DNA of 64,000 bases, taken from a virus. Location of the stretch: positions 20,613 to 84,612 of the IMG/VR virus record IMGVR_UViG_3300008267_000018; one strand, written 5' to 3'. Position 1 is the stretch's first letter. Each line of letters begins with the position of its first letter. The notes under the pieces were generated by a model, which worked only from the letters and a program-made list of their open reading frames with translations, had not been told where the DNA came from and searched no databases. Positions 9,582 to 18,530 of this stretch are shown here, piece by piece. Made by a program: the position numbers and the translations under genes.

Positions 9582-10210
9582 TCGAATACAGCCTCGCCAA
9601 TGATGGGGAATTGTTCACAGAAGATCTCTTTGATCTCCTCTGCAATTTGCCGATGCTCGAGCTGAGTGCTTACATCACAACGCAGTTGTAGGTAATGGAT
9701 CCATGAACGGAGTGATCCATTCATGTACATCTTTGTCTTAGTTGCAATAGGAAGTACAGCACGTGCACATTCCTTGGCAACACCGCTGCTAACCATCTCG
9801 CGATACAGATGTTCTGCATCTTCAAACAAATGGCCAATGCGTCGATAGTATCCAGCAATTACATCAGGAGACAAATCGTCAATACTATTCTGACGATTCT
9901 TGATGTCCTGCCTACGCAGATGTGGGATAACAGATGAGCCCAGTTCACCTACGTCCGCATACCGCTGGCTAAATTCCTGGAAAGAGAATGAACGATGCCT
10001 TAGTATTTGCGCTGAGATACCACGAGTTGTTTCGATTTCAACACAAAGGTTAGCCATCTCGTATGGTGACCAGTGCTTGTGCTTAATCAGATAACGCAAC
10101 AGGCGTGGTGCTGTATCCATGTTGTCTTGATTTTTTGGAGCGCTTACGCGTGCCATCTTGACAATCATTTCTTCTGCGTTGGGCGTAGCCCAAACAAGCT
10201 TGACGTTCAT
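9578..10210 (-). CDS. thyX: FAD-dependent thymidylate synthase
   Basis: HWSPYE, QILRHRSFSFQEFSQRY, ECARAVLP, LRC...QLEHR. Confidence 0.95.
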   Translation of the reverse strand: MNVKLVWATPNAEEMIVKMARVSAPKNQDNMDTAPRLLRYLIKHKHWSPYEMANLCVEIETTRGISAQILRHRSFSFQEFSQRYADVGELGSSVIPHLRRQDIKNRQNSIDDLSPDVIAGYYRRIGHLFEDAEHLYREMVSSGVAKECARAVLPIATKTKMYMNGSLRSWIHYLQLRCDVSTQLEHRQIAEEIKEIFCEQFPIIGEAVFE

Positions 10211-10223
10211 ACCGGAGGCGGGG

Positions 10224-10472
10224 TTAGCGTTCCCAATCATAGTTGTAACGGACATCGTTTTCGCCTTTAACAGCTTGTTCGATTAACCAATTAGACACAT
10301 CATGAATTGTTTCGTTACGAAGCCTGCGATTGCAATCAACTTCAATGAGTTCAGTTGGAATACGCTCGGCAATCATACGCATAAACTTTGCATATTTTTC
10401 TCCTGGATTTGAATGCCAAGATTCATCAAGGTGTTTCATTTGAATCCATAAAGGAAGTGTGTTGTTTGCCAT
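10224..10472 (-). CDS. hypothetical protein
   Basis: 82-aa ORF. Confidence 0.55.
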   Translation of the reverse strand: MANNTLPLWIQMKHLDESWHSNPGEKYAKFMRMIAERIPTELIEVDCNRRLRNETIHDVSNWLIEQAVKGENDVRYNYDWER

Positions 10473-10505
10473 GGTGTTATGTTGATAGCCTTTCTAATTC
10501 TGACA

Positions 10506-10757
10506 TTAGACATTGGGTTCATCTGGTAGTTCGTTGATTAATGCATAGTCACCAATGATTGCAAGCGCTGCTTTGTTGTAAGCACGTGCTGCGTCAATCT
10601 CATTTTCATAATTGCCAAGATAGTAGCGCTTCCCTTTGTAGGTCAACGTTGCTCGGTACATACCCTTGTTGCCTCGGCTTACACCACGGTATTTGCTGTA
10701 AGCAGTAGCAGGTCTTGGCCTGGATGCCTGAGAAAGATAGAAGTCTTTATCAGTCAT
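10506..10757 (-). CDS. stand-alone AP2-domain DNA-binding protein
   Basis: SKYRGVS..YRATL..GKRYYLGNY..EIDAARAYN. Confidence 0.8.
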   Translation of the reverse strand: MTDKDFYLSQASRPRPATAYSKYRGVSRGNKGMYRATLTYKGKRYYLGNYENEIDAARAYNKAALAIIGDYALINELPDEPNV

Positions 10758-10773
10758 TTTCCTGGTGAGATAG

Positions 10774-10950
10774 CTAACCATTGGCTTGCTCCAGTTCGTT
10801 GGCAAGTTTCCACAAGTAATCTTGAGATGCAGAATCATAAAGCTGATCCGCAGCAGCACGAAGGACGGCAGCGATGTCGTTATTCCTGTACCAAGTCTTG
10901 CGGCCAGCAGCATCCAACACCGCTTGAGCGGCAGGGGAAAGGTCAGTCAT
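10774..10950 (-). CDS. small protein, 'MTDLSPAA' paralog family
   Basis: MTDLSPAAQAVLDAA...IAAVLRAAADQ. Confidence 0.65.
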   Translation of the reverse strand: MTDLSPAAQAVLDAAGRKTWYRNNDIAAVLRAAADQLYDSASQDYLWKLANELEQANG

Positions 10951-11143
10951 TGATGCCCTCCAGTTCGTCGGCGATGGTGAGGATGTTTTTCTCAGTAATA
11001 CCAAAATACTTAAGTTCTTGTACCACAGCCCGCAGAACGGCGGCAGTACAGCGATAATCTTTGGCCATAGGGCCATCTAACCAGCCACAGTTATTCATGT
11101 AAGCATCCAGCACTGCATCAGCGGCTGGGGAAAGTTCAGTCAT
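10943..11143 (-). CDS. small protein, 'MTDLSPAA' paralog family
   Basis: MTELSPAADAVLDAY...AAVLRA...IADELE. Confidence 0.65.
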   Translation of the reverse strand: MTELSPAADAVLDAYMNNCGWLDGPMAKDYRCTAAVLRAVVQELKYFGITEKNILTIADELEGIND

Positions 11144-11327
11144 TAATGTTCTCCAGTTCGTTGGCAATATCTAAAATGTCTTGCCGAATATCATCTGCTC
11201 CTTTAATACGTGATGCTAATGCATAGAGAGTAGCAATAACAATTTGACGGGAATACGAATCAGGTTCTACTTCCCATTCAGCAACAGCGTCAAAGATTGC
11301 TTGACTAGCAGGGGAAAGGTTAGTCAT
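11136..11327 (-). CDS. small protein, 'MTDLSPAA' paralog family
   Basis: MTNLSPASQAIFDA...IANELE. Confidence 0.65.
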   Translation of the reverse strand: MTNLSPASQAIFDAVAEWEVEPDSYSRQIVIATLYALASRIKGADDIRQDILDIANELENIND

Positions 11328-11664
11328 CAAGTTGCTCCAGTGCTAAACGAATGGTGTCCACCTCAGCTTCACTCCAAAAATCTTTTGGATATTTCAGCGT
11401 TTCTAGTGCCTGTTCCTTCAAGCTCGGCGGCTTGGGGCGCATTGCTTCTTTTAAGGATTCACCCATTGGAGTAATCCTTAGATGCGGTTCATTCAAGGTA
11501 TTGTAATCTAGCCACTCTGCATCTTTTGCAAGTTGTTGGTCTGCGCCCCACTGAGCAGCACGTGCAGCAATATGAAGCTCGTAAAGCCAATCACGTTCGT
11601 CATAACACTTTTCAGAAGCCCACTGCTCTATGAGCTCGCGAGGTGGGGTAATAGAGTTAGTCAT
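11320..11664 (-). CDS. small protein, 'ITPPPEL' paralog family
   Basis: ITPPRELIEQW..AQWGADQ..RPKPPSLKEQAL..ALEQL. Confidence 0.65.
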   Translation of the reverse strand: MTNSITPPRELIEQWASEKCYDERDWLYELHIAARAAQWGADQQLAKDAEWLDYNTLNEPHLRITPMGESLKEAMRPKPPSLKEQALETLKYPKDFWSEAEVDTIRLALEQLDD

Positions 11665-11699
11665 CGTTCGGCCTCCTGAACTCACCTACATACGATTCG

Positions 11700-12113
11700 T
11701 CAGTCATTGGGCATAGCCTCCAGCTCGGCGGCGATGACGAGAAGTTGGGCGCGGATCTCGTCCATAGCGTCCCAACGCACAAAAGGTGTGCCGATTAGTG
11801 GAGGAGCAGTCTCTGGCACCACTTGATCCGCAGCAGCTTGCAGGGCGGCGGCAGCAATCCAGCGGGATTCGTTTAGGCAGTCATCTGCCCCCCAGGAGCT
11901 GGCACCGTTGGCGGCATCCAGCACAGCTTCAGCGGCGGGGGAGAGGTCAGTCATGGGCAGGCGATCGCTCACCGGGATGGGCTGCGGCCCCTCCGGCTCG
12001 GGCTGGTCCAGGGCGGCGCGGGCGCGTTCCAGCAAGGCGTGATGGACTTCATCCACCGCATAGGTATTGAACGCGGCGTGAAGCTCAGCGCACAGCTCTC
12101 GGTAGTCAGTCAT
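11700..12113 (-). CDS. fusion protein with a C-terminal 'MTDLSPAA' module
   Basis: MTDYRELCAEL... fused to MTDLSPAAEAVLDAA; GC-rich. Confidence 0.6.
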   Translation of the reverse strand: MTDYRELCAELHAAFNTYAVDEVHHALLERARAALDQPEPEGPQPIPVSDRLPMTDLSPAAEAVLDAANGASSWGADDCLNESRWIAAAALQAAADQVVPETAPPLIGTPFVRWDAMDEIRAQLLVIAAELEAMPND

Positions 12114-12453
12114 GGAGTTGCTCTAGTGCGCGGCGGATGGTCTGGGCGGCGTTGTTGTTGATGTGCCCACCTTCCCAAGCGTTCTCAAGCATTTCAAGCG
12201 CCTGCTCCTTCAAGCTCGGCGGATTGGGGCGGCGGGCGGCGCGGATGTAGCGAGCAAAGTCATAAGCATCCTCACCAGCGTCAATTTCAACCAGCCTTAG
12301 GCACGCCTCCAGCTCCTGGTCGGCGCCCCATTGGGCGGCGTGGTGGGCAATAAACAACTCGTATGCCCAGTTCTCGTCGTTGCTTTGAACAGGGCTAGCA
12401 GCTGACCACTGCTGCACCAGCTCCGGCGGTGGGGTGATGGGGTGGTTAGTCAT
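12106..12453 (-). CDS. small protein, 'ITPPPEL' paralog family
   Basis: HPITPPPELVQQW..AQWGADQELEAC..PPSLKEQAL. Confidence 0.65.
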   Translation of the reverse strand: MTNHPITPPPELVQQWSAASPVQSNDENWAYELFIAHHAAQWGADQELEACLRLVEIDAGEDAYDFARYIRAARRPNPPSLKEQALEMLENAWEGGHINNNAAQTIRRALEQLHD

Positions 12454-12455
12454 TG

Positions 12456-12773
12456 TTATTCTCCAAGTAATGCGCAGGTTTGATCCATGAGTTGAGGGAA
12501 TACTTCAATAGGACAAATGCGACATTGCGCATGTTCCGTTGGTGTCTTGAGATGATCCCATTGAATCATCAATACTTTCATGGTGCGTTTACCAGTTAAG
12601 AACTTGGTGCGCACTTCAACCACAGTGCCGTACCGCTGGCTGCGGTACTGAGCAATGCGTGCTTTAACTTCTTGACGCACAGCAATCAAGCCATGAGTCT
12701 TGGGACGTTCGGCAACTCGGTCACCGACTTTGTAAATGAACTGAGCTTTGGTTGACATTAGATGTGAGTCCAA
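12456..12773 (-). CDS. hypothetical protein (SH3/KOW-like)
   Basis: YKVGDRV...YGTVVEV...IQWD. Confidence 0.55.
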   Translation of the reverse strand: MDSHLMSTKAQFIYKVGDRVAERPKTHGLIAVRQEVKARIAQYRSQRYGTVVEVRTKFLTGKRTMKVLMIQWDHLKTPTEHAQCRICPIEVFPQLMDQTCALLGE

Positions 12774-13096
12774 ACTTTGCGATTGACAATACGTGAGACA
12801 TGCCCACGATTGATGCCGTAGATAACAGAGATAGCAAAATTAGTTTTGCCCTCTTGTTTTAACTTGCGAATGTCCAAGATGTTTTGCTCAGTCAATACTG
12901 AGAATCCATTCTTAGATCCTTGCGTATCAGCAAGCTTACCGCCTTTCTTAGGACCACGCCTATAGTTTTCATACCGTTCAATGGTACGAAACTTATGGTC
13001 GCAATCCAAACAACGGATGTAGCGTTTGGTTAATGTTTCGTAATGATCAGTACACGTAACTCGTGTGTTAGTCGATTGACACTGATGGCACTTCAT
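12758..13096 (-). CDS. NrdR-like zinc ribbon plus HTH protein
   Basis: MKCHQC..TRV...RCLDCDHKFRTIER, then LTEQNILDIR..YGINRGHVSRIV. Confidence 0.7.
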   Translation of the reverse strand: MKCHQCQSTNTRVTCTDHYETLTKRYIRCLDCDHKFRTIERYENYRRGPKKGGKLADTQGSKNGFSVLTEQNILDIRKLKQEGKTNFAISVIYGINRGHVSRIVNRKVWTHI

Positions 13097-13409
13097 TTGT
13101 TTTGTTGGGTTGAAGTTGATCTAGATTAAGAGCATCAAGCATGTCAACCGTTACATGCGGACTAACAAGCTTGAAGCAATCAACAATTAAATCATGTTTA
13201 CGTTCTAATGGTTTGTAATAATCAAACAAAATTTCTTCTGCTCGATCAAAGTTGTCATACTGTCCAGTCAATCGTTCAAGGACATCACTGGTCATGCAGT
13301 CAACAATTGCAGGCACAAGTGTTTCGCATACAGGACCCCATGCCCAGTCTGGGATGTGATCAACAATCTGATCAATGAGATCTAGATCAATAGGAGTTGA
13401 GCTTGTCAT
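13068..13409 (-). CDS. hypothetical protein
   Basis: ORF; start adjusted to ATG 13409. Confidence 0.6.
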   Translation of the reverse strand: MTSSTPIDLDLIDQIVDHIPDWAWGPVCETLVPAIVDCMTSDVLERLTGQYDNFDRAEEILFDYYKPLERKHDLIVDCFKLVSPHVTVDMLDALNLDQLQPNKTNEVPSVSID

Positions 13410-13410
13410 A

Positions 13411-13438
13411 GAGAAAGACCCCCGCTTGCGCAGGGGTC
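13411..13438 (-). terminator. putative intrinsic terminator
   Basis: GACCCCTG-CGCAAG-CGGGGGTC followed by TTTCT. Confidence 0.55.
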
Positions 13439-13457
13439 CGAACATTCCGCAAGTAGT

Positions 13458-13820
13458 TTACGCTGGCTGGGCCTGCGTGTCCACCACCTGATCCAACATT
13501 CCATTTTCCTTAAGGCGATCAAGCATGCCGCACATGATGTTGGCATGAGCATGAGTCTGCTCCATGAATGCACGTGCACGCTCTGCTGACATGACATGGA
13601 TGCCACCATCAGGAGCTACGTACTTCCAGCTGCCATCAGGCTGTGGATCCCCCTGGAGCGCAAGCCGTTCAGAGTTGTGGACGTACTTGATCTCTAGGTT
13701 GTGATAGTCATGGAGACCGTCCTGAGCTGTCCAGGTAGCGCCAATGTTGTAGCGCTGGTCAGCATCTGAGTATGCGTGGAACTCAGGGATGATGTGCTTG
13801 AAGCAGGCAAAGATGTTCAT
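13458..13820 (-). CDS. hypothetical protein
   Basis: ATG 13820 follows an ACTCAACTC leader, downstream of the tRNA. Confidence 0.65.
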   Translation of the reverse strand: MNIFACFKHIIPEFHAYSDADQRYNIGATWTAQDGLHDYHNLEIKYVHNSERLALQGDPQPDGSWKYVAPDGGIHVMSAERARAFMEQTHAHANIMCGMLDRLKENGMLDQVVDTQAQPA

Positions 13821-13843
13821 TGTGTTTGAGTTGAGTAGATAGG

Positions 13844-13919
13844 TGGTACCCGAGGTGAGATTCGAACTCACGCTTGAGGACTTTTAAGGTCCTTGCCTCT
13901 TCCGCTGGGCTACTCGGGC
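13844..13919 (-). tRNA. tRNA-Leu(UAA), 76 nt, short variable loop, CCA encoded
   Basis: GCCCGAG TA GCCCAGCGGAAGAGGC A AGGAC CTTAAAA GTCCT CAAGC GTGAG TTCGAAT CTCAC CTCGGGT ACCA. Confidence 0.9.
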
Positions 13920-14176
13920 TCACTTGGACTTACATCAATAGATGTTGAATGCCAAGTGTGATCTTGTGGCAATACTTCCATACCGTACTGCCAGCTGTCA
14001 TAGTCATCCTCATTACGAGGATCTTGTTCATCAATCAATACATAGTCAGGTGTGCCATGAGTATGTATGTACTCACCAAGGTTGGCAAGTGCCATTGCTA
14101 GCAGCTGTTGTTCTTCAAGAGTAATGTCACGGTGTTCAAACTCTTGATCAGTGTGCTTGCTAAACGGTTCAGTCAT
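13910..14176 (-). CDS. hypothetical acidic protein
   Basis: 88 aa; its stop codon falls inside the tRNA 5' end. Confidence 0.6.
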   Translation of the reverse strand: MTEPFSKHTDQEFEHRDITLEEQQLLAMALANLGEYIHTHGTPDYVLIDEQDPRNEDDYDSWQYGMEVLPQDHTWHSTSIDVSPSEPE

Positions 14177-14227
14177 GGATGAATGCCAGCCCTAGTATCG
14201 AGGCTAAGGCTGGCAAGCCTGTGCGGG

Positions 14228-15973
14228 CTACGCAGACTTTAGCTCATCATTGCGGGAATGCAACGCCTTGCCAAAGGCTTTTGTGTATGCATCCTTCTGC
14301 TCGTCTGTCAACCGTTGGTTTGACATGCCAACGATCTGACTGACGGTCATCATGCCCATGTCAACTTTAAGTTGAACAGTGAACTGAGGTTTGCCATCCA
14401 CCATACAGAGCACAATAAAATGCTTCTTCTTGCGTACACCATCAGCATAGTCTTTGGCATTGCCGACGCAATTGCGTACGGCTTGGCCCCATGCTGACAG
14501 TTGGTGTGTGTCATGAGGCTGGAAAAATGACCAACGCTCATCATTCACTTGTACCTTGACAGGTACAGGGAATAGATCTTGAGGTAAGCCAACGTTGGGA
14601 TGCTTGATCTTCCATGCTTCTGCTTGCACATGGTCATGGAACTCAGTGAGACGCCAACGCTTTGGTGCTGTAATAACAATGTTGTTACACAGTACATCAT
14701 CTAGCATAGACAGAGTATCATTCCAGTCACTGAAGTAGAACGTAACAACGCCTGTCTCAACAGGTGTGTAGTAGCTAAAACGATGCTGTTCACTTGCTGA
14801 AGTAAACTGCAAAGCATAGTGCTGCTTAAGCATGTTAAAGAAACTAGCTGGTTGCATATTGGTACGCAACCAAGTAACAGTTCTTTCAGGAAGGTAGCGA
14901 TCAAGTCGCACACCCAATAGTTCTGTCACATGTGTTTGATAGTAATCAATAGGGCAGTCCGGCCAGATTCTGTTGATATAGTCAATAGATTGAACCAGTT
15001 TCTCGATACGCTTCCAAGGCTGTGTTAGCTTACAAAACAGATTATTGTCTGGATCATTGAACATTGCAATAGCTTCATCACATTGTGATTGAATCCATTT
15101 ACGGAAGAATGGTTTACCAACAATGTGAATGATGCGACTAATAACACTGAAGTGTTGGCCATGAACTGAGTTGTTGCTTGGATATGTATCAGCCAATGTA
15201 TAAACAAGATCAGCAGATGGCACTAGATCAAGCATTGTTTGAACAGGATTATCAAACTGTTGCCAATACTTTGTGTAGCCTTTCAACTGAAGAATGTTGG
15301 TCCAGTTGTTAGTAGTGATACGATCAAAGAATCCACGTGAGTCATGCCATTTAGGAATGGTTGCAGATAACGTAGCTTCGAATGCATTAATGGTTTCTCT
15401 AATCCATTGGCCTTTGCCATATGAAATATAAAAACCGTTCCACCACTTTGTTGTTTGTCCGTTAACAATATCTTCCTTGGTTACGTTCTGACGTACGACA
15501 CAGAATTCACTGCGTCCGTACTTAACGTATTCAACGGTACGCTTACTGTTGTTATCAATAAGAGTATGAGGGATGGATTTAAGTACAGAATCTAGATTCT
15601 TGTATGCATATGCATAGCCATACACATAGTCATCTTCTTGTCCTTTAGGTGGCAGCCATGCTGCATACCACACCTTCTCGTAGTGATAGATGATGGTATG
15701 CGTAATGGTGCGTGCCGTAGGTGTAGCAACATCTACCACCTTGGTAAACCGATGATGACGTTGCTCTACGCCTCTGGAGTTGATGCTAGTTACTGCATCT
15801 TCTAAAGCTTCTGGTCTAATGACATCAGCAGGGATCAGATCAAACACAGCACCAAGTGGAAACTTGGGCTTAGCCTTGACAGCTTTAGGATTCTGCTCCC
15901 GTGCCAGTTGCTTAAGCTTGGGATCGTAGGCCAGTAGTTCTGTTTGGAGATTGGAAGGAAGACGGAATTCCAT
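14228..15973 (-). CDS. PcfJ-domain protein
   Basis: C-terminal FHDHV...P..T.QLSAWGQAVRNCVG...YA..V. Confidence 0.7.
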   Translation of the reverse strand: MEFRLPSNLQTELLAYDPKLKQLAREQNPKAVKAKPKFPLGAVFDLIPADVIRPEALEDAVTSINSRGVEQRHHRFTKVVDVATPTARTITHTIIYHYEKVWYAAWLPPKGQEDDYVYGYAYAYKNLDSVLKSIPHTLIDNNSKRTVEYVKYGRSEFCVVRQNVTKEDIVNGQTTKWWNGFYISYGKGQWIRETINAFEATLSATIPKWHDSRGFFDRITTNNWTNILQLKGYTKYWQQFDNPVQTMLDLVPSADLVYTLADTYPSNNSVHGQHFSVISRIIHIVGKPFFRKWIQSQCDEAIAMFNDPDNNLFCKLTQPWKRIEKLVQSIDYINRIWPDCPIDYYQTHVTELLGVRLDRYLPERTVTWLRTNMQPASFFNMLKQHYALQFTSASEQHRFSYYTPVETGVVTFYFSDWNDTLSMLDDVLCNNIVITAPKRWRLTEFHDHVQAEAWKIKHPNVGLPQDLFPVPVKVQVNDERWSFFQPHDTHQLSAWGQAVRNCVGNAKDYADGVRKKKHFIVLCMVDGKPQFTVQLKVDMGMMTVSQIVGMSNQRLTDEQKDAYTKAFGKALHSRNDELKSA

Positions 15974-16000
15974 GGTGAGTTCGTAGTAAGTTCGTAGTAG

Positions 16001-16028
16001 TGGACAGTTTAACGTCATGTCCAGGACG
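16001..16028 (-). ncRNA. leader pseudoknot, copy 5
   Basis: CGTC-CTGGACAT-GACG-TTAAAC-TGTCCA; 6-bp second stem. Confidence 0.75.
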
Positions 16029-16033
16029 TAGGG

Positions 16034-16282
16034 TTAGTCGTTATCTATTGGAAGGAGTTCCCAGTCAGGGTCGAGCTTAGCAAGATAATCGCAGAAGCCA
16101 TCTTCGTCAAGAGGGATTTGTTCTCCCTCATCCAGTTCAAAGCTAGTTCTGCATAGTGCAGGAGCGTACTCCTCAGGGTCAAGGTAAGTTGACCGATAGA
16201 TGAGACGCATCTCGTCCACAATTGCTGTAACTGTGACTTCATATCCATTGATGGTTGTGTCTTCAATAGCAAGGACTTGCAT
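16034..16282 (-). CDS. hypothetical protein
   Basis: 82 aa with a DPEEYAPALC motif. Confidence 0.6.
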   Translation of the reverse strand: MQVLAIEDTTINGYEVTVTAIVDEMRLIYRSTYLDPEEYAPALCRTSFELDEGEQIPLDEDGFCDYLAKLDPDWELLPIDND

Positions 16283-16285
16283 GAG

Positions 16286-16483
16286 TTACACCTGTGTGAG
16301 TTGTTTGGCCTGGGCAAACTGACCTTCAGGCCCATACTTCTGGACAAGGTCAGGGAATGCATCAAGCAAACGCTGCCGATTCTTTGGATCAGCAAAGCGT
16401 AGTGCTTGTGCAATTGAGGATACAAATGATCCGCCATAGCTGTCCATGCGGGCAATCATGGCGTGTAGCTCAGTGCTGTTCAT
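16286..16483 (-). CDS. hypothetical protein
   Basis: YGGSFVSSIAQALRFADPKN..RLLDAFP, a motif common in small phage proteins. Confidence 0.65.
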   Translation of the reverse strand: MNSTELHAMIARMDSYGGSFVSSIAQALRFADPKNRQRLLDAFPDLVQKYGPEGQFAQAKQLTQV

Positions 16484-16503
16484 GAGTTTAGGTTGAGTTG
16501 GAA

Positions 16504-16531
16504 TGGATGAGTTTAAGGACATCCCAGGTCC
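16504..16531 (-). ncRNA. leader pseudoknot, copy 6
   Basis: GGAC-CTGGGAT-GTCC-TTAAAC-TCATCCA. Confidence 0.6.
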
Positions 16532-16536
16532 TTGGA

Positions 16537-16734
16537 TCAGAACAACTTGATGTTGCGTTTACTCAAGCCTGTGCCAGGCAATGAGATAGATCCACGTACA
16601 CCAGATTCTCTGGCGTTAAGTGTTACCTGGAATGGTCCAAGTTGAATCGACTTAGTAAACGATTTGATTCCATGTTCAGTGACATTGAATCCAGCAATTG
16701 TCTTGTCAAAGTTAATGGGTGACTTGTCAGTCAT
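16537..16734 (-). CDS. DUF4236-like small protein
   Basis: FTKSIQLGPFQVTLN...SISLPGTGLS. Confidence 0.55.
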   Translation of the reverse strand: MTDKSPINFDKTIAGFNVTEHGIKSFTKSIQLGPFQVTLNARESGVRGSISLPGTGLSKRNIKLF

Positions 16735-17071
16735 CGAGTTGCTCCAGTGCTTTACGAATGATGTCGTAAGTGACATCATCAATCTTGTCTCTGTTGTATA
16801 CATCGCCAAGTTCAATTAACGCTTGCTCCTTTAAGCTTGGCGGCCTGGGGCGGCGGGCGGCGCGGAGTGATGGGATGAGAGCGCAGTGAGTTACTAGGTT
16901 TTGGCAGCGCAGCCACTCACAACACGCCTCTAGCTCCTGATCGGCGCCCCAGCGGGCGGCTTGGGTGGCGATGAAATCTACAAGTCCATCATGTTTGACC
17001 TTGGCATCAATCCAAGAATCGTGCCACTGCTCCACCAGTTCCGGCGGTGGGGTAATTGGATGGTCAGTCAT
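16727..17071 (-). CDS. small protein, 'ITPPPEL' paralog family
   Basis: HPITPPPELVEQW..ARWGADQELEAC..PPSLKEQAL. Confidence 0.65.
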   Translation of the reverse strand: MTDHPITPPPELVEQWHDSWIDAKVKHDGLVDFIATQAARWGADQELEACCEWLRCQNLVTHCALIPSLRAARRPRPPSLKEQALIELGDVYNRDKIDDVTYDIIRKALEQLDD

Positions 17072-17363
17072 CGTAGGAATCCTCGTGACAAAGAATGAAT
17101 TTTAATTCGAAATACTCCGAATCGCTATTGTCTTTGGAATGGTACTTGGCTTCGAATCCACCAGATCCAACACATGTTTCCTTGATGGATTCATTTAATA
17201 AATGACGTGCCCTTGCTTTAAGTCTTTGCAATGTTGGCAATGAGTATCCATTGCCTGCCGTTGTTTGCCATTGCCAGTCAAGTGCTGTCATGGCAATCAA
17301 TACTTTTTCAAAGTTGAATTTGTCAATGATCTCATCGATCATTTCCTTCTGATCAGGAGTCAT
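17064..17363 (-). CDS. hypothetical protein
   Basis: FNFEKV..AM..LDWQW...GSGGF. Confidence 0.6.
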   Translation of the reverse strand: MTPDQKEMIDEIIDKFNFEKVLIAMTALDWQWQTTAGNGYSLPTLQRLKARARHLLNESIKETCVGSGGFEAKYHSKDNSDSEYFELKFILCHEDSYDD

Positions 17364-17563
17364 TTGAGGTTGTCAGGTAGTAGTGCTTGGGTGTCTTCAT
17401 CATCCATGTTTGTCATGATGAACTTTTGTCCATCGGGGGCAACAAAGCCCCCGATAAAACCAATGCCATGTTTATCTGCTGATTCTTTCATCTTGGCTAC
17501 AAGCTGCATAGCTTGGAGTCGTTGAAGATCAATAGAGTCTGGGATGCGCAGGCTGTCAGACAT
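17360..17563 (-). CDS. hypothetical protein
   Basis: 67-aa coupled ORF. Confidence 0.6.
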   Translation of the reverse strand: MSDSLRIPDSIDLQRLQAMQLVAKMKESADKHGIGFIGGFVAPDGQKFIMTNMDDEDTQALLPDNLK

Positions 17564-17668
17564 TTGATTAGTACGTGAGGTGAGTTGAGTGTGGTCACGG
17601 CAAGTCTACCAGGGTAGTCAAGCCATGACCAATGGTCTTAATGTTTCCTTAACCTTGCGGTAGGGCTG

Positions 17669-18139
17669 TTAGCTATGAAGTTCTTGGTGCTGACGCCATG
17701 CAGCTGTGTGCATTTCATCAGCAGTCAGTGGTGACTCACTGCCATAGCCAAGCTCTTCATCTGATGGTTCATAGTCAAGTTCATTGTCAAGCATGGGGAT
17801 AATCTCATCATCCAGCATGGCAAGCATGGAGGGTGTGAGATGTTGATCCATTTCGTGACGTTTGCTCTCACGTTGAGAGATAGCTTTCAGTTCTTCGAGA
17901 ATGTTGGCAAGCTTGTGGTACTCGTTAAGGTTGGTCTTGTGAGTAGTCATGGGTTGATTATTGGAAGATTGAGTAGTGATCTGGAACTTAATCAGTTCAG
18001 TTAGTCCAACAAGCCTGGTGATTACCAGGTCTTTGTTGTCATGAACTGTTGCATCATCTTTGAGTACTTCAGTTAATGCAAACAATGCATCATGGATGAA
18101 AGTGATGTCTACTTCTGTGAAGGAGTACTGTTTAGTCAT
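17669..18139 (-). CDS. hypothetical protein; may be two fused ORFs with a second start at 17950
   Basis: AACCCATGACT start context occurs twice in frame. Confidence 0.5.
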   Translation of the reverse strand: MTKQYSFTEVDITFIHDALFALTEVLKDDATVHDNKDLVITRLVGLTELIKFQITTQSSNNQPMTTHKTNLNEYHKLANILEELKAISQRESKRHEMDQHLTPSMLAMLDDEIIPMLDNELDYEPSDEELGYGSESPLTADEMHTAAWRQHQELHS

Positions 18140-18228
18140 GGGTTGGTAAGTGAATGAATGGTGTGTAGTACAGAGGCATCTCTTATAGATTAAGGTGCAC
18201 CTCTGGTACTTCTGTCGGGGGGTCTGGG

Positions 18229-18530
18229 GGGTAGGCCAGTAGTTATCTGGCAATACCCTTGATGAGTTTAAAAACAGTTGTGAGGCGTACCTAGTTCTTT
18301 GATCAATCGCTCAAAGGAACAATTGACTCTTGTGCCGTTAACGACTGCATAGATGTTATCGCTGCCATAAGTTGTACGCAGTTCAGTTATCTTATCTTCT
18401 GGTATAGCTAGAAGATGAGGTCTGCCATCTGAAGTAACTTGAGTGGTTTTGAAAACAAAAATTCTTTGTGGCATTGTGTTAATTACGTTGAGCTTAAATG
18501 GGTAGGCCAGTAGTTATCTGGCAATACCCT
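18229..18530. repeat. 31-bp perfect direct repeat (18229-18259 and 18500-18530) flanking one ORF
   Basis: GGGTAGGCCAGTAGTTATCTGGCAATACCCT twice; each copy is an imperfect hairpin. Confidence 0.9.
18268..18474 (-). CDS. hypothetical protein between the direct repeats
   Basis: 68-aa ORF. Confidence 0.6.
   Translation of the reverse strand: MPQRIFVFKTTQVTSDGRPHLLAIPEDKITELRTTYGSDNIYAVVNGTRVNCSFERLIKELGTPHNCF

Noticed and set aside
9047-17630. Long hairpins at about 9052-9082, 14184-14215 and 17592-17631 as sigma70 promoters or one repeat family
   Set aside because: The TTG-hexamer to -10 spacing is too short and the three share no sequence; function is unresolved.
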